Shown: positions 10,114-18,999 of the stretch, one piece after another | Position numbering within the stretch: the first letter of the stretch is position 1 | Layout: the number at the start of each line of letters is the position of its first letter | NCBI GenBank assembly: GCA_963718615.1 | Contig: OY970368.1 | Span: 4,288,001 to 4,352,000, forward strand | DNA length: 64,000 nucleotides | Reading direction: 5' to 3' | DNA from: an uncultured cyanobacterium | GTDB lineage: Bacteria; Cyanobacteriota; Cyanobacteriia; PCC-9006; JAAUQQ01 | Notes under the pieces: generated by a model | The model's database searches: none | Told to the model about the DNA's origin: nothing | Seen by the model: the letters and a program-made list of their open reading frames with translations, nothing else | Program-made: the position numbers and the translations under genes

Positions 10114-12645
10114 ATGCTGGATTGTATGTATCTACCTCAAGCTCATCCTATCCCCCTAGGCCCTAGGCGTAAACTACACAGCATTTTGCTTTCAGCTCTA
10201 GGAATATCGACCCTGGTGCTGGTACTGCAACAAATGGGACTGTTTCAAAACTTGGAACAGGATTGGTTGGATCAAATGGCTCAGCTCCGCCCTGCCGAAA
10301 CCGTTGCACCGCCGATCACACTGATCACAATGACCGAAGCCGATATTGCCCAACAACAGCAGTGGCCCCTGAGCGATGCCACGCTGGCTCAATTGCTCCA
10401 ACAGATCCAACAGGCTCAACCCCGCACCATTGGCTTAAATCTCTATCGAGACATTGCCATAGAGCCCGGTTCTGAGCGTTTGCAGCAGGTCTTTCAATCA
10501 ATGCCTAACCTGATTGGGATTGAAAAACTCATTGGTAATAGTACGGGACCTGCGATCGCCCCACCCCCCCAACTCCACCAGCAACAGCAAATTGCCGCCA
10601 GCGATGTTGTCTTGGATGGCGATGGCAAAATCCGTCGCCACCTGCTCTCTTTGCGATCGCCCCAAGGCAAAACTCAACTGAGCCTGGGAGCAAGGCTAGC
10701 GGTAGACTATCTCGCCCAGCAAGGCATTGAGCAGATTCCCCTAGATCCCAAAGGCTGTACCATCCGACTGGGTCAAGCCCTGATCCAGGCCCTTAAGCCG
10801 ACCTCCGGAGGCTATGTGCGCACGGATGCTGGGGGCTATCAAATTCTGTCCAACTTTTTGCCCCAAGCCTCAATGTCTCGTCTTACGCTGAGCCAGGTGT
10901 TAGCCGGAGAAGGGACTGAGCTAATGCGCGATCGCATCGTTCTGATTGGTGCCACAGCCCCTAGTCTACAGAATCATTTTTATACCTCCAGCACCCGAAC
11001 CCCCGAGGAAGGCTGGAGCGGCCTTGAAATTCAAGCGGATTTAGCGGGGCAACTGGTGTTGGCGGCGCTGCAAGGACGGCCCCTGCTGCGAGGGTTGCCG
11101 GAGGGTTTGGAATGGGGCTGGATTTTGCTCTGGGCCGGGGTGGGGGCGATCGTGGGGGTCCAATTGCGATCGTCGAGTCGGGCGCTTTGGTTCGGGGTAC
11201 CGCTGAGTCTGCTGGGGCTTTTGGGGATTTCCTACGGGCTGTTGCTCAATGGTTGGTGGGCGATCGCGATCGCGCCAGGGTTAGCCTGCTTGGGTTCGGC
11301 CTTGATGGCTCGTCAGTTGATGCTGTGGCAACTCATTCGACAGTCGCAAGCCCAACTGGATGAATATAACCGCAGTTTTGTGACGCAATTGGCCCATGAG
11401 GTTGAGGCTCGAACTCGGCTATGGTCGCTAGAAAAACAGGATTTGGTTGAGGCCAAGGAGGCGGCTGAAACGGCTAATCAAACCAAAAGTAAATTGTTGG
11501 CGCTGATTGGTCACGAACTGCGCACGCCACTCAACTCGATTGTGGGGTATGGACAGCTCATGGCCGATGAACCGGCACTGCCGGAGCAATATCGCACCAC
11601 GGTCAACACTATTAATCACAGCAGCGAATATTTGCTCGGTCTGGTGAATGAACTATTGGACTTCTCTAAAATCGAAGCAGACCAATTGCCGCTAAATTTG
11701 AGGACAGTGCATCTTCCGAGTCTACTCAAACAATTAGAAATCCTCTTTCAGCTGCAAGCCAAACAGCGTCGCTTGCGGCTGCGTTGCTCCCTAGACAATA
11801 CGTTACCTGAATCGGTTTGGGTGGATGAAATTAAGTTGCGCCAGGTCTTGATTAATCTACTCAACAATGCTCTGAAATTTACCCAGGCCGGCCATGTGAT
11901 TTTGCGTGCCTGGGGCAATGGCAGCATGTACTTTGAAGTAGAAGATACAGGTCCCGGCATTCCCCCCGCCGAACTCAGCCAAATCTTTGAACCCTTCCAG
12001 CAGGGCCAAGCCGCTAGCCCAGCCCATAGCCGGACCGGAAACCCCCAGGGGATGGGCCTAGGACTCTGGATTACTAATTCGCTGGTCAAGTTAATGGGGG
12101 GAGAGCTGACGGTGAATAGCCAGGTAGGCCGGGGAACTAATTTTCGGGTGGTGTTGCCGCTCTATCCAGCCCCCCAGACGCCTCACCCAGAGGCCGTTCA
12201 GGACCGGGCGATCGCCTCCTCCCCCGCTGATTTTCCCCTCTATCGAGTGTTGGTTGTGGATGACGTCACCTTAAACCGCCGCCTCCTGGTGAAATTGCTC
12301 GAAGAGGTTGGGGTCGAAGTGCGGGAAGCTTGTTCTGGGGAAGAGGCGATCGCCCTGTGGCAAACCTGGCACCCTCAGTTGATTTTGATGGATATGCGCA
12401 TGCCCGGTATGGATGGCTATGAAGCGGTGCGGCAGATTCGTCTTCAAGAACCATCGGAAGCTCCGCCCGTGCCGATTTTGGCGATCACGGCCAATGTTCT
12501 GCAATCGGAGCATGAGGCGGCGCTGATGGCGGGCTGCCAAGACATGATTACGAAACCCTTCCGGCGGCAGGACGTGTTGATCAAAATTGCCAATTATTTG
12601 GACAGCCAATTGGGTGGGGTGGAAACGGACTTTCATCAGAACTAG
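10114..12645 (+). CDS. CHASE2-domain hybrid sensor histidine kinase
   Basis: CHASE2 motifs (QWPLSD, IGLNLYRD, DGKIRR), TM segments, HELRTPL, NLLNNALKFT, DTGPGI, GLGL and a C-terminal receiver MDMRMP. Confidence 0.9.
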   Translation: MLDCMYLPQAHPIPLGPRRKLHSILLSALGISTLVLVLQQMGLFQNLEQDWLDQMAQLRPAETVAPPITLITMTEADIAQQQQWPLSDATLAQLLQQIQQAQPRTIGLNLYRDIAIEPGSERLQQVFQSMPNLIGIEKLIGNSTGPAIAPPPQLHQQQQIAASDVVLDGDGKIRRHLLSLRSPQGKTQLSLGARLAVDYLAQQGIEQIPLDPKGCTIRLGQALIQALKPTSGGYVRTDAGGYQILSNFLPQASMSRLTLSQVLAGEGTELMRDRIVLIGATAPSLQNHFYTSSTRTPEEGWSGLEIQADLAGQLVLAALQGRPLLRGLPEGLEWGWILLWAGVGAIVGVQLRSSSRALWFGVPLSLLGLLGISYGLLLNGWWAIAIAPGLACLGSALMARQLMLWQLIRQSQAQLDEYNRSFVTQLAHEVEARTRLWSLEKQDLVEAKEAAETANQTKSKLLALIGHELRTPLNSIVGYGQLMADEPALPEQYRTTVNTINHSSEYLLGLVNELLDFSKIEADQLPLNLRTVHLPSLLKQLEILFQLQAKQRRLRLRCSLDNTLPESVWVDEIKLRQVLINLLNNALKFTQAGHVILRAWGNGSMYFEVEDTGPGIPPAELSQIFEPFQQGQAASPAHSRTGNPQGMGLGLWITNSLVKLMGGELTVNSQVGRGTNFRVVLPLYPAPQTPHPEAVQDRAIASSPADFPLYRVLVVDDVTLNRRLLVKLLEEVGVEVREACSGEEAIALWQTWHPQLILMDMRMPGMDGYEAVRQIRLQEPSEAPPVPILAITANVLQSEHEAALMAGCQDMITKPFRRQDVLIKIANYLDSQLGGVETDFHQN

Positions 12646-12659
12646 GCGAGTTGCGCCGG

Positions 12660-12830
12660 ATTTACCCACCGAAGCTGTTGACACTCCCCAGCCCTAAAGG
12701 GACGGGGATTCTTCTTTCATTGACGTGACTTTACCCCAATTGCCCAGAAGCAACTGACAAAGCGGTCTCATCTCCAGAAGCGTTCGGACCTACGATTCAA
12801 GTTCCCGTATCCCCTACGGTACTTAATCCC
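12660..12830 (-). ncRNA. Putative TnpB omegaRNA (reRNA) scaffold plus flank-derived guide
   Basis: Occupies the tnpB 3' end through the right-end hairpin ending in TCAA, where TnpB guide RNAs are known to be encoded. Boundaries and expression are inferred, not observed. Confidence 0.5.
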
Positions 12831-13105
12831 ACAGACAGGATGTTGAGTGCTGCATTATGGTCTCTCTCTAGCTCATAGCCACATTGACAAACATGGGTTC
12901 GAGTAGAGAGAGACTTTTTCACCATCGTCCCACAGCTTGAACAAACCTGAGAGGTGTATTGAGGCGGAACGGCAACCGTTGCCCGACCAAACACTACACC
13001 ACACCGTTCTAGCCAGACCCGGAACTGGTACCAACCGGCCTCAGAGATAGACTTCGCTAAGCAATGGTTCTTGACCATATCCTTGATTCTCAAGTCTTCG
13101 GCGAT
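12797..13105 (-). pseudogene. tnpB: tnpB 3' fragment (RuvC-II, Zn ribbon, RuvC-III)
   Basis: IAEDLRIKDMVKNHCLAKSISEAGW...TSQVCSSCG...RTHVCQCG...RDHNAALNIL. No upstream TnpB sequence in frame. Confidence 0.9.
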
Positions 13106-13355
13106 CGAGTCGTTATACGGCTGTAGAGAGCCAGTCGGGCACTACCCAGCAATGCTCCGATGTTGTGGTACAAGCCGTCTCTCCTGACAATCTCGGTTGT
13201 TTGCAGTCATTGCCCGAAAACAAGGCAACAAGTGGTGGAGCCTCGTTCCTGCATCTCTATAGGGCTCACTTCAATTTGTTACATTTTTTAACTGGGAGAG
13301 CCTTTCTAGGGCATCATTTAGACAAAGGTTTCGATTCAGGTGAACATCCTGTACC

Positions 13356-14342
13356 ATGTCCACTGCTCGTCAAGTCCTCGCTCTTTTGAAGAGCCATATA
13401 GAAGGCGAAGAACAGCAGTTTTTTACTGTTGCGATGCAGGTTGCTGCTCATGAGGCACGTCAAGGACATGGAAAAGTTGCTCAGGAAATTCGGAGTTTAG
13501 TCGATCAAGCGAAAGACCAAAGATCTCAGTTTGTCAATAAGAAAGGTGGACCAATCCCCTTAATCCAGCCGAAGGGAGATTTACTTAACCTGCTGTCTGC
13601 CCGATATTCGGATTTGCGTCTGGCAGACATGGTGCTTTCTGAGAAATTGTATGAAAGGTTGATGAGGGTTGTAACTGAACAAGCAAACTCAAACCTTCTG
13701 AAAGAGCATAATCTGAAACCTCGTCGTAAGCTGCTCTTAGTGGGAGCACCGGGAACAGGTAAATCGATGACAGCCGCAGCGATCGCTGGAGAGTTAAAGA
13801 TCCCTCTCTTTACAGTGCTGTATGAGGGACTGTTCACAAAGTTCATGGGTGAAACAGCTACTCAACTAAAGTTGATTTTTGACGCAATGTCGTCTACTCG
13901 TGGGGTTTATTTCTTTGATGAGTTTGATGCACTTGGATCGCAGCGTTCTAGCAATAACGATGTTGGTGAGATTCGACGTGTTTTAAATTCTTGTTTACAA
14001 TTTTTGGAGAATGATGATAGCGATAGTTTGATTATTGCTGCAACCAATCATCCTGACCTCTTAGACAAGGCTCTCTACAGACGCTTTGATGACGTGATTC
14101 AATACGAGCTGCCTAGCTCAGAAGTTATAAAAAAATTGATTCAATCGCGTCTTGTGGCCTTTCGATTGGACTGGAAAATTTGGGATGGCATTCTGGAAGC
14201 CGCAGCAGGTTTAAGTCAGGCTGAAATTATTCGAGCGATTACGGAAGTCGCAAAGAATACTGTTCTAGAGAGTAGGAAAACGATTTTGGAAGATGAGCTA
14301 ATTACATCAGTTGTAGAGCGTAAATTGATGACTCACTGGTAA
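13356..14342 (+). CDS. AAA-family ATPase, IetA-like partner of the adjacent S8 protease
   Basis: Walker A GAPGTGKS, Walker B FFDEFD and IAATNHPDLLDKALYRRFD. The N-terminus MQVAAHEARQGH and DVGEIRRVLNS are typical of ATPases paired with Y4bN-like proteases. Confidence 0.88.
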   Translation: MSTARQVLALLKSHIEGEEQQFFTVAMQVAAHEARQGHGKVAQEIRSLVDQAKDQRSQFVNKKGGPIPLIQPKGDLLNLLSARYSDLRLADMVLSEKLYERLMRVVTEQANSNLLKEHNLKPRRKLLLVGAPGTGKSMTAAAIAGELKIPLFTVLYEGLFTKFMGETATQLKLIFDAMSSTRGVYFFDEFDALGSQRSSNNDVGEIRRVLNSCLQFLENDDSDSLIIAATNHPDLLDKALYRRFDDVIQYELPSSEVIKKLIQSRLVAFRLDWKIWDGILEAAAGLSQAEIIRAITEVAKNTVLESRKTILEDELITSVVERKLMTHW

Positions 14343-14389
14343 ATGAGCTTATTGCTTAGAGTTGAAAAACCCATCTTTTCCTTTAATGT

Positions 14390-17005
14390 ATGTCCGAATC
14401 GCTGCGTAACTTACCCCATCTGAGTCTTCCTCATCATCCCTCTATTACAAGTCGGCAAGATTATACATATCCCAAGAAGGTAGTTGATAAACGTCCTAAC
14501 CCTGTACGAAATCGGGGAAGTCATTCTAGTAAACTTCGTTCTGATTTGGGTAATGTTTTGGCGGCTTTGGAACAGGAAAGGCAGTCATCTGAGTCCGAAG
14601 TAGATGCAGTGGGTGAACCTGGATTTTATTTAGATGTGGAGTTTAGCGCTTCTGAAAAGGACAAGATACTTCAAAGCTTAGAAAATCTTGGCTCTAAGAT
14701 TGAATTAATGTCAGTCACTGCTTCTCTGAAATTGGACATAAATTGTTATATAGTCCTAAAAATTGCGCTGTTTCTCATAGCTGATGAGGAATCTATAAGC
14801 CAAGAAAAACTATCACTCTTGACTTTGCTTCTGATTAGTCTGAAACGGCCCTACCTGGAAGCGACGCTGTTTGTTCCTGACACTAAGAAAAACTATTTTA
14901 AGGAAAAAATCACTACCTATGAACATGAGGAAACAAAAAAGGGTAAACCGAAGCATGAAGCTCTAGTTAGCCGCATAGAAGCCTTTTCCTTAGGCTTTAT
15001 TACTTCACTGTTTACCGATGAGAAGTCACTGTTTCCACAGGAGCAAAGTGTGGCGGTTTGGTGGGAGATATGGTTGAGAGGCGATCGAAAGGAGAATTTT
15101 GATACGATCTCTGAACGGCTGAATATTCGGGTTCAACCCCATTCCGTTAAATTTGTTGAACGTGAAGTGGTTTTAGCGCTGGCTAATGTTGTTCAGCTTG
15201 GACAAATTATCCGTAAGTGTGATGCGATCGCAGAACTCAGAATTGCGAAGGATCTACCATCGTTCTTTTTTGAGAATAATGAGCTTGAGCAACAGGCATG
15301 GATGAATGATTTATTGAATAGATGCGTATTTGAGCAATCTCCGAATGTCTCTGTATGTTTGTTGGATGGTGGTGTGATGAGAGTTCATCCATTGCTAGAA
15401 CATAGCCTTAACGTGGATGATATGCATAGCTATGAGCCAGCATGGGAGACTCACGATACTAGTGAAGGACATGGCACGAATATGTCTGGACTATTGATCT
15501 ATGGGGAACTATGTGAAGCTCTGGTTGGGTATCAAAAAATCGAGATTTCGCATTGCCTAGAATCAGTAAAAATACTTCCTCCTCAAGGAGAAAATGATCC
15601 TGCGCTGTATGGGTGGATCATGCAGGAAGGGATTAGCCGCGCTGAGATACAAGCTCCATGCCGAACACGGGTGATTTGTATGCCAGTAACCAGTGAGGGT
15701 TCAAATCGAGGGACGCCTTCCTCTTGGTCTGCGGCAATCGATAATATGTGCTTTGGTCGAGATAAAATCTCTGATGAATTGGTGCAAAGGTTAATAATTT
15801 TGCCAGTTGGTAATATTCGTGATGAGATCAATCGTGGGGATTATATTGCCAATAACGATAGTGCATCTGCTGAGAATCCGGCACAGTCTTGGAATGCGTT
15901 GGTCGTTGGGGCTTTTACCGAGAAGGTAAATATAGTTGATTCTAAATATCTCCATTGGCAGCCGATCGCGCCTGCTGGTGATTTATCACCTCGAAGTAGA
16001 ACGTCTTGTATCTGGGGCCGACAATGGCCTAATCGCCCGGATATCGTATTTGAAGGGGGAAATCTTGCGACGGATGGAGTTTGTGCGGGTGGGGTTTTGG
16101 ATGATTTGAGTTTGTTGACGGTTCATCACAAAGTTGGTCAGCGACTCTTTACGCTATTTAGTGATACCAGTGCAGCGACTGCTTTAGCGGGATATTTTGC
16201 AGCACAGATTCTGGTTCAAAATCCTGATTTTTGGCCGGAGACGGTGCGAGCTTTGATTGTTCACTCAGCGACTTGGACAGCGGCGATGCGAAAGTATTTT
16301 CTTGCTACACCACCACAGCAAAAGGACAAAAATATTCTGCTCAGGCGTTATGGATATGGTGTACCGAGTTTAGAAAAGGCACTTCGGAGTGCGAAGAATG
16401 ATTTGACAATGATTGTTGAAGATGGATTTCAGCCCTTTCAGAAGAAGGAAAATCAGTCCAAGGTGACAACTAAGGATATGAATCTTCATACCCTTCCCTG
16501 GCCGAAAAAGGAACTGGAATCTCTGGCTGAGAGGGATGTTGAGATGAGGGTGACACTTTCGTACTTTATCGAGTCGAATCCAGGAGAACGAGGTTGGGTT
16601 CGCCGCTATTCCTATCCTTCCTATGGGCTAAGATTTGCCACTAAAGATGCAACTGAGACACTTACAGATTTCAAGAAACGGATTACTAAGAATGCCCATG
16701 AGGAAGGGGATACAGTTTCTTTTAAAGAGGATAAAGGTTGGTTTTTAGGTACCGAATTGCGTAATAGAGGTTCCTTACATTCGGATATTTGGACGGGAAC
16801 TGCTGCTGATTTAGCTGCCAAGGATGCGATCGGTGTTTATCCAGTGGGAGGATGGTGGAAAGAGCGCCTTATACATAATCGATGGGACGAGCAGATTAGG
16901 TATGCGCTTATTGTTTCGATTCGGGTAACAGGGGAAGGGGCTGATATTTATACACCTGTTGAAACTTTGGTGAGGCAAACGCTGGCGATCGAGATTGAAA
17001 CTTAA
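14390..17005 (+). CDS. S8 family peptidase, Y4bN/IetS-like
   Basis: WWEIWLR; catalytic Asp LLDGGV, His GHGTNM and Ser DTSAAT; WPETVRALIVHSA, YGYGVP, VTLSYFIE, RGSLHSDIW and YPVGGWWK. Starts 47 bp downstream of the ATPase. Confidence 0.88.
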   Translation: MSESLRNLPHLSLPHHPSITSRQDYTYPKKVVDKRPNPVRNRGSHSSKLRSDLGNVLAALEQERQSSESEVDAVGEPGFYLDVEFSASEKDKILQSLENLGSKIELMSVTASLKLDINCYIVLKIALFLIADEESISQEKLSLLTLLLISLKRPYLEATLFVPDTKKNYFKEKITTYEHEETKKGKPKHEALVSRIEAFSLGFITSLFTDEKSLFPQEQSVAVWWEIWLRGDRKENFDTISERLNIRVQPHSVKFVEREVVLALANVVQLGQIIRKCDAIAELRIAKDLPSFFFENNELEQQAWMNDLLNRCVFEQSPNVSVCLLDGGVMRVHPLLEHSLNVDDMHSYEPAWETHDTSEGHGTNMSGLLIYGELCEALVGYQKIEISHCLESVKILPPQGENDPALYGWIMQEGISRAEIQAPCRTRVICMPVTSEGSNRGTPSSWSAAIDNMCFGRDKISDELVQRLIILPVGNIRDEINRGDYIANNDSASAENPAQSWNALVVGAFTEKVNIVDSKYLHWQPIAPAGDLSPRSRTSCIWGRQWPNRPDIVFEGGNLATDGVCAGGVLDDLSLLTVHHKVGQRLFTLFSDTSAATALAGYFAAQILVQNPDFWPETVRALIVHSATWTAAMRKYFLATPPQQKDKNILLRRYGYGVPSLEKALRSAKNDLTMIVEDGFQPFQKKENQSKVTTKDMNLHTLPWPKKELESLAERDVEMRVTLSYFIESNPGERGWVRRYSYPSYGLRFATKDATETLTDFKKRITKNAHEEGDTVSFKEDKGWFLGTELRNRGSLHSDIWTGTAADLAAKDAIGVYPVGGWWKERLIHNRWDEQIRYALIVSIRVTGEGADIYTPVETLVRQTLAIEIET

Positions 17006-17027
17006 GTGCCAGAGAGTAGATAGGCGA

Positions 17028-17093
17028 TATGGCTTCGTCAATCGCAGACAATTGCTGAATATTGGTTCTGGCTTTGAATTCTAGGACAAGCAT
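17028..17093 (-). pseudogene. tnpB: tnpB 5' fragment (first ~22 codons)
   Basis: MLVLEFKARTNIQQLSAIDEAI matches the typical N-terminus of cyanobacterial IS605-family TnpB. Similarity stops abruptly at the cargo junction. Confidence 0.75.
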
Positions 17094-17247
17094 CTATTTG
17101 TTCTAGCACGTTTATCATCAAACATATTGAGGAGAGCTATGTATGGACATTGCTCCCTTTTCGTTGCACGGATTATATCCCCATTCTTGAAAGCAGGGGT
17201 CTTACGCCGATTTCTGATAAAATCGCAGGACAATTCCTCGGGTATGG

Positions 17248-18903
17248 GTGGAGGGTGAAAGCATGTATTGGCGAAGATTTTCAACAGGGTCGCGGGGCTG
17301 GATGGGCCGCTTTGCAGGGGTCGTCATTTTGTGCGCCATGCTGGTGGTGGGGTGTCAAAGTCCCAATCCTCAGTCGGGTGCGCCTGGGGCGGGGGGAAAT
17401 TCCAGCGGAAATCCCAATCGAATTACCCTGGGAACCACTGCCAAGGTGCGGACGCTAGATCCAGCCGATTCCTACGAGATTTTGTCAGGGAATTTGCTCT
17501 ACAACTTGGGCGATCGCCTCTACACAACCGAACCCAACCAAACCACTCTAGTGCCTCAGTTGGCCACAGCGCTGCCCCAGATTAGCGAGGATGGCTTGAC
17601 CTACACCATTCCCCTGCGCGAGGGCGTGGTGTTTCATGACGGCACCCCGTTTAATGCCGAGGCCATGGCCTTTTCACTCAACCGCTTCATCCAAAATGGG
17701 GGGGACCCGGCGTCGTTGCTGGGGAATTTAGTGAACTCTGTTAATGCCACTAGCCCTACCGAATTGACCATTCAACTCAAGGCTCCCTTTGCGGCATTTC
17801 CTTCAATCTTGGCGTTTCCCGGTCTTTGCGCAGTGTCGCCCCAGTCCTACGAAATAGGTGCAGGCAAGTTCAAACCCCAGGAATTTGTCGGGACTGGACC
17901 GTACAAATTGGCGCAGTACGGTAACGACTCGATTAGGCTGGATACGAATCCGGATTATTGGGGTGAAAAACCGGCCAATGAAGGGGTTGATATTCAGATT
18001 TTTGCCAGTTCTTCCAATCTGTTCAATGCGGCTAAAACCGGTGCGGTGGATGCGGCCTACCAAAGTCTTGACCCCAATCAGGTCAAAAGTCTTCAGGAAA
18101 ACGCAGCACTGCAAACCGTTGAAAGCGAGGGCTTAGGAATTCACTATTTGAGTGTGAATGTGCGGAGTGCACCGCTGGATAAACCGGAAGTTCGGCAGGC
18201 GCTGGCGCTGTTGATTGACCGAAAATTGCTGAGCGATCGCGTGTTCCAAGGTCAGGTAGAACCGCTCTATAGTTTAGTTCCAGCCAGCGTCGAGGGTTCC
18301 AAGCCCGTGTTTGAAGCAGGGGATGGCGATGCCGATGCCGCGAAAGCCTTGCTGGAAAAAGCGGGATTTTCTGAGGCGAATCCCCTGCAACTTGACTTCT
18401 GGTATCGGTCTAATTTATCGAGTAATGTGCAAGCTGCGAATACGATTAAGGCGATCGCCGATCAAAAGCTACCGGGTTTAGTTCAGCTCAAACTTCAAGG
18501 GGTTGAATCCGCAACGGCCTATGAAAACCTAGACAAAGGAGCCTACCCTATTTTTATGCTGGACTGGACGCCAGACTACCTGGATGCCGATAGCTATTTG
18601 CAGCCCTTTATGGCCTGTGAAGAAGGCTCTGCGGCAGCAGGCTGTCAATCGGGTGAAAGTGCCTATCAAGGGTCGTTCTATTACAACGATCGGGTGAATC
18701 AACTGATTGCTCAAGAGCGCACGCTCACCGATGCCGCAGCGCGGGATAAAATCCTAATAGAACTACAGGATATCCTGGCCAAGGATGTGCCGTTTATTCC
18801 CCTGTGGAATAGCAAGGACTATCTGTTTGTCCAAAAGAATGTGCAAGGTGCAGCAATTTTACCAACTTCTCAAATTCCCTTTAAGGCCCTAAAAAAAGGG
18901 TAG
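17248..18903 (+). CDS. Peptide/nickel ABC transporter substrate-binding lipoprotein (family 5, DppA/OppA-like); start may be ATG 17263
   Basis: Lipobox LVVGC, plus TLDPA, FHDGTPFNAEA, GTGPY and VRQAL. Confidence 0.9.
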   Translation: MEGESMYWRRFSTGSRGWMGRFAGVVILCAMLVVGCQSPNPQSGAPGAGGNSSGNPNRITLGTTAKVRTLDPADSYEILSGNLLYNLGDRLYTTEPNQTTLVPQLATALPQISEDGLTYTIPLREGVVFHDGTPFNAEAMAFSLNRFIQNGGDPASLLGNLVNSVNATSPTELTIQLKAPFAAFPSILAFPGLCAVSPQSYEIGAGKFKPQEFVGTGPYKLAQYGNDSIRLDTNPDYWGEKPANEGVDIQIFASSSNLFNAAKTGAVDAAYQSLDPNQVKSLQENAALQTVESEGLGIHYLSVNVRSAPLDKPEVRQALALLIDRKLLSDRVFQGQVEPLYSLVPASVEGSKPVFEAGDGDADAAKALLEKAGFSEANPLQLDFWYRSNLSSNVQAANTIKAIADQKLPGLVQLKLQGVESATAYENLDKGAYPIFMLDWTPDYLDADSYLQPFMACEEGSAAAGCQSGESAYQGSFYYNDRVNQLIAQERTLTDAAARDKILIELQDILAKDVPFIPLWNSKDYLFVQKNVQGAAILPTSQIPFKALKKG

Positions 18904-18999
18904 ATTGAATCTTCTGTCAACCAAAACCCACCCTCTAAAAGCCACCAACCAAAACTCTCTCCCACAGACGTTTTTATCAATCCGTTTCTACCCAAATCT

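Larger units (their letters stand above)
12678..17216 (-). mobile_element. IS200/IS605-family (IS1341-like, tnpB-only) non-autonomous element carrying an AAA-ATPase/S8-protease cargo
   Basis: Minus-strand left end: TTAT|CAGAAATCGGCGT-AAGA-CCCCTGCTTTCAAGAATGGGG. Right end: GAAT-CCCCGTCCCTTTAGGGCTGGGGA-GTG-TCAA. tnpB 5' and 3' remnants lie just inside the respective ends. Confidence 0.8.

Noticed and set aside
13165-13389. 74-aa ORF upstream of the ATPase as a third system component
   Set aside because: No recognisable motif or RBS, and it overlaps the ATPase start; more likely promoter region.
16908-17093. 61-aa ORF as a real protein
   Set aside because: Only the first ~22 codons are TnpB-like; the rest is read-through antisense to the S8 gene.
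17100-17170. Possible tnpA remnant (IIKHIEES) beside the left end
   Set aside because: Too short, with no HUH motif; cannot be supported.
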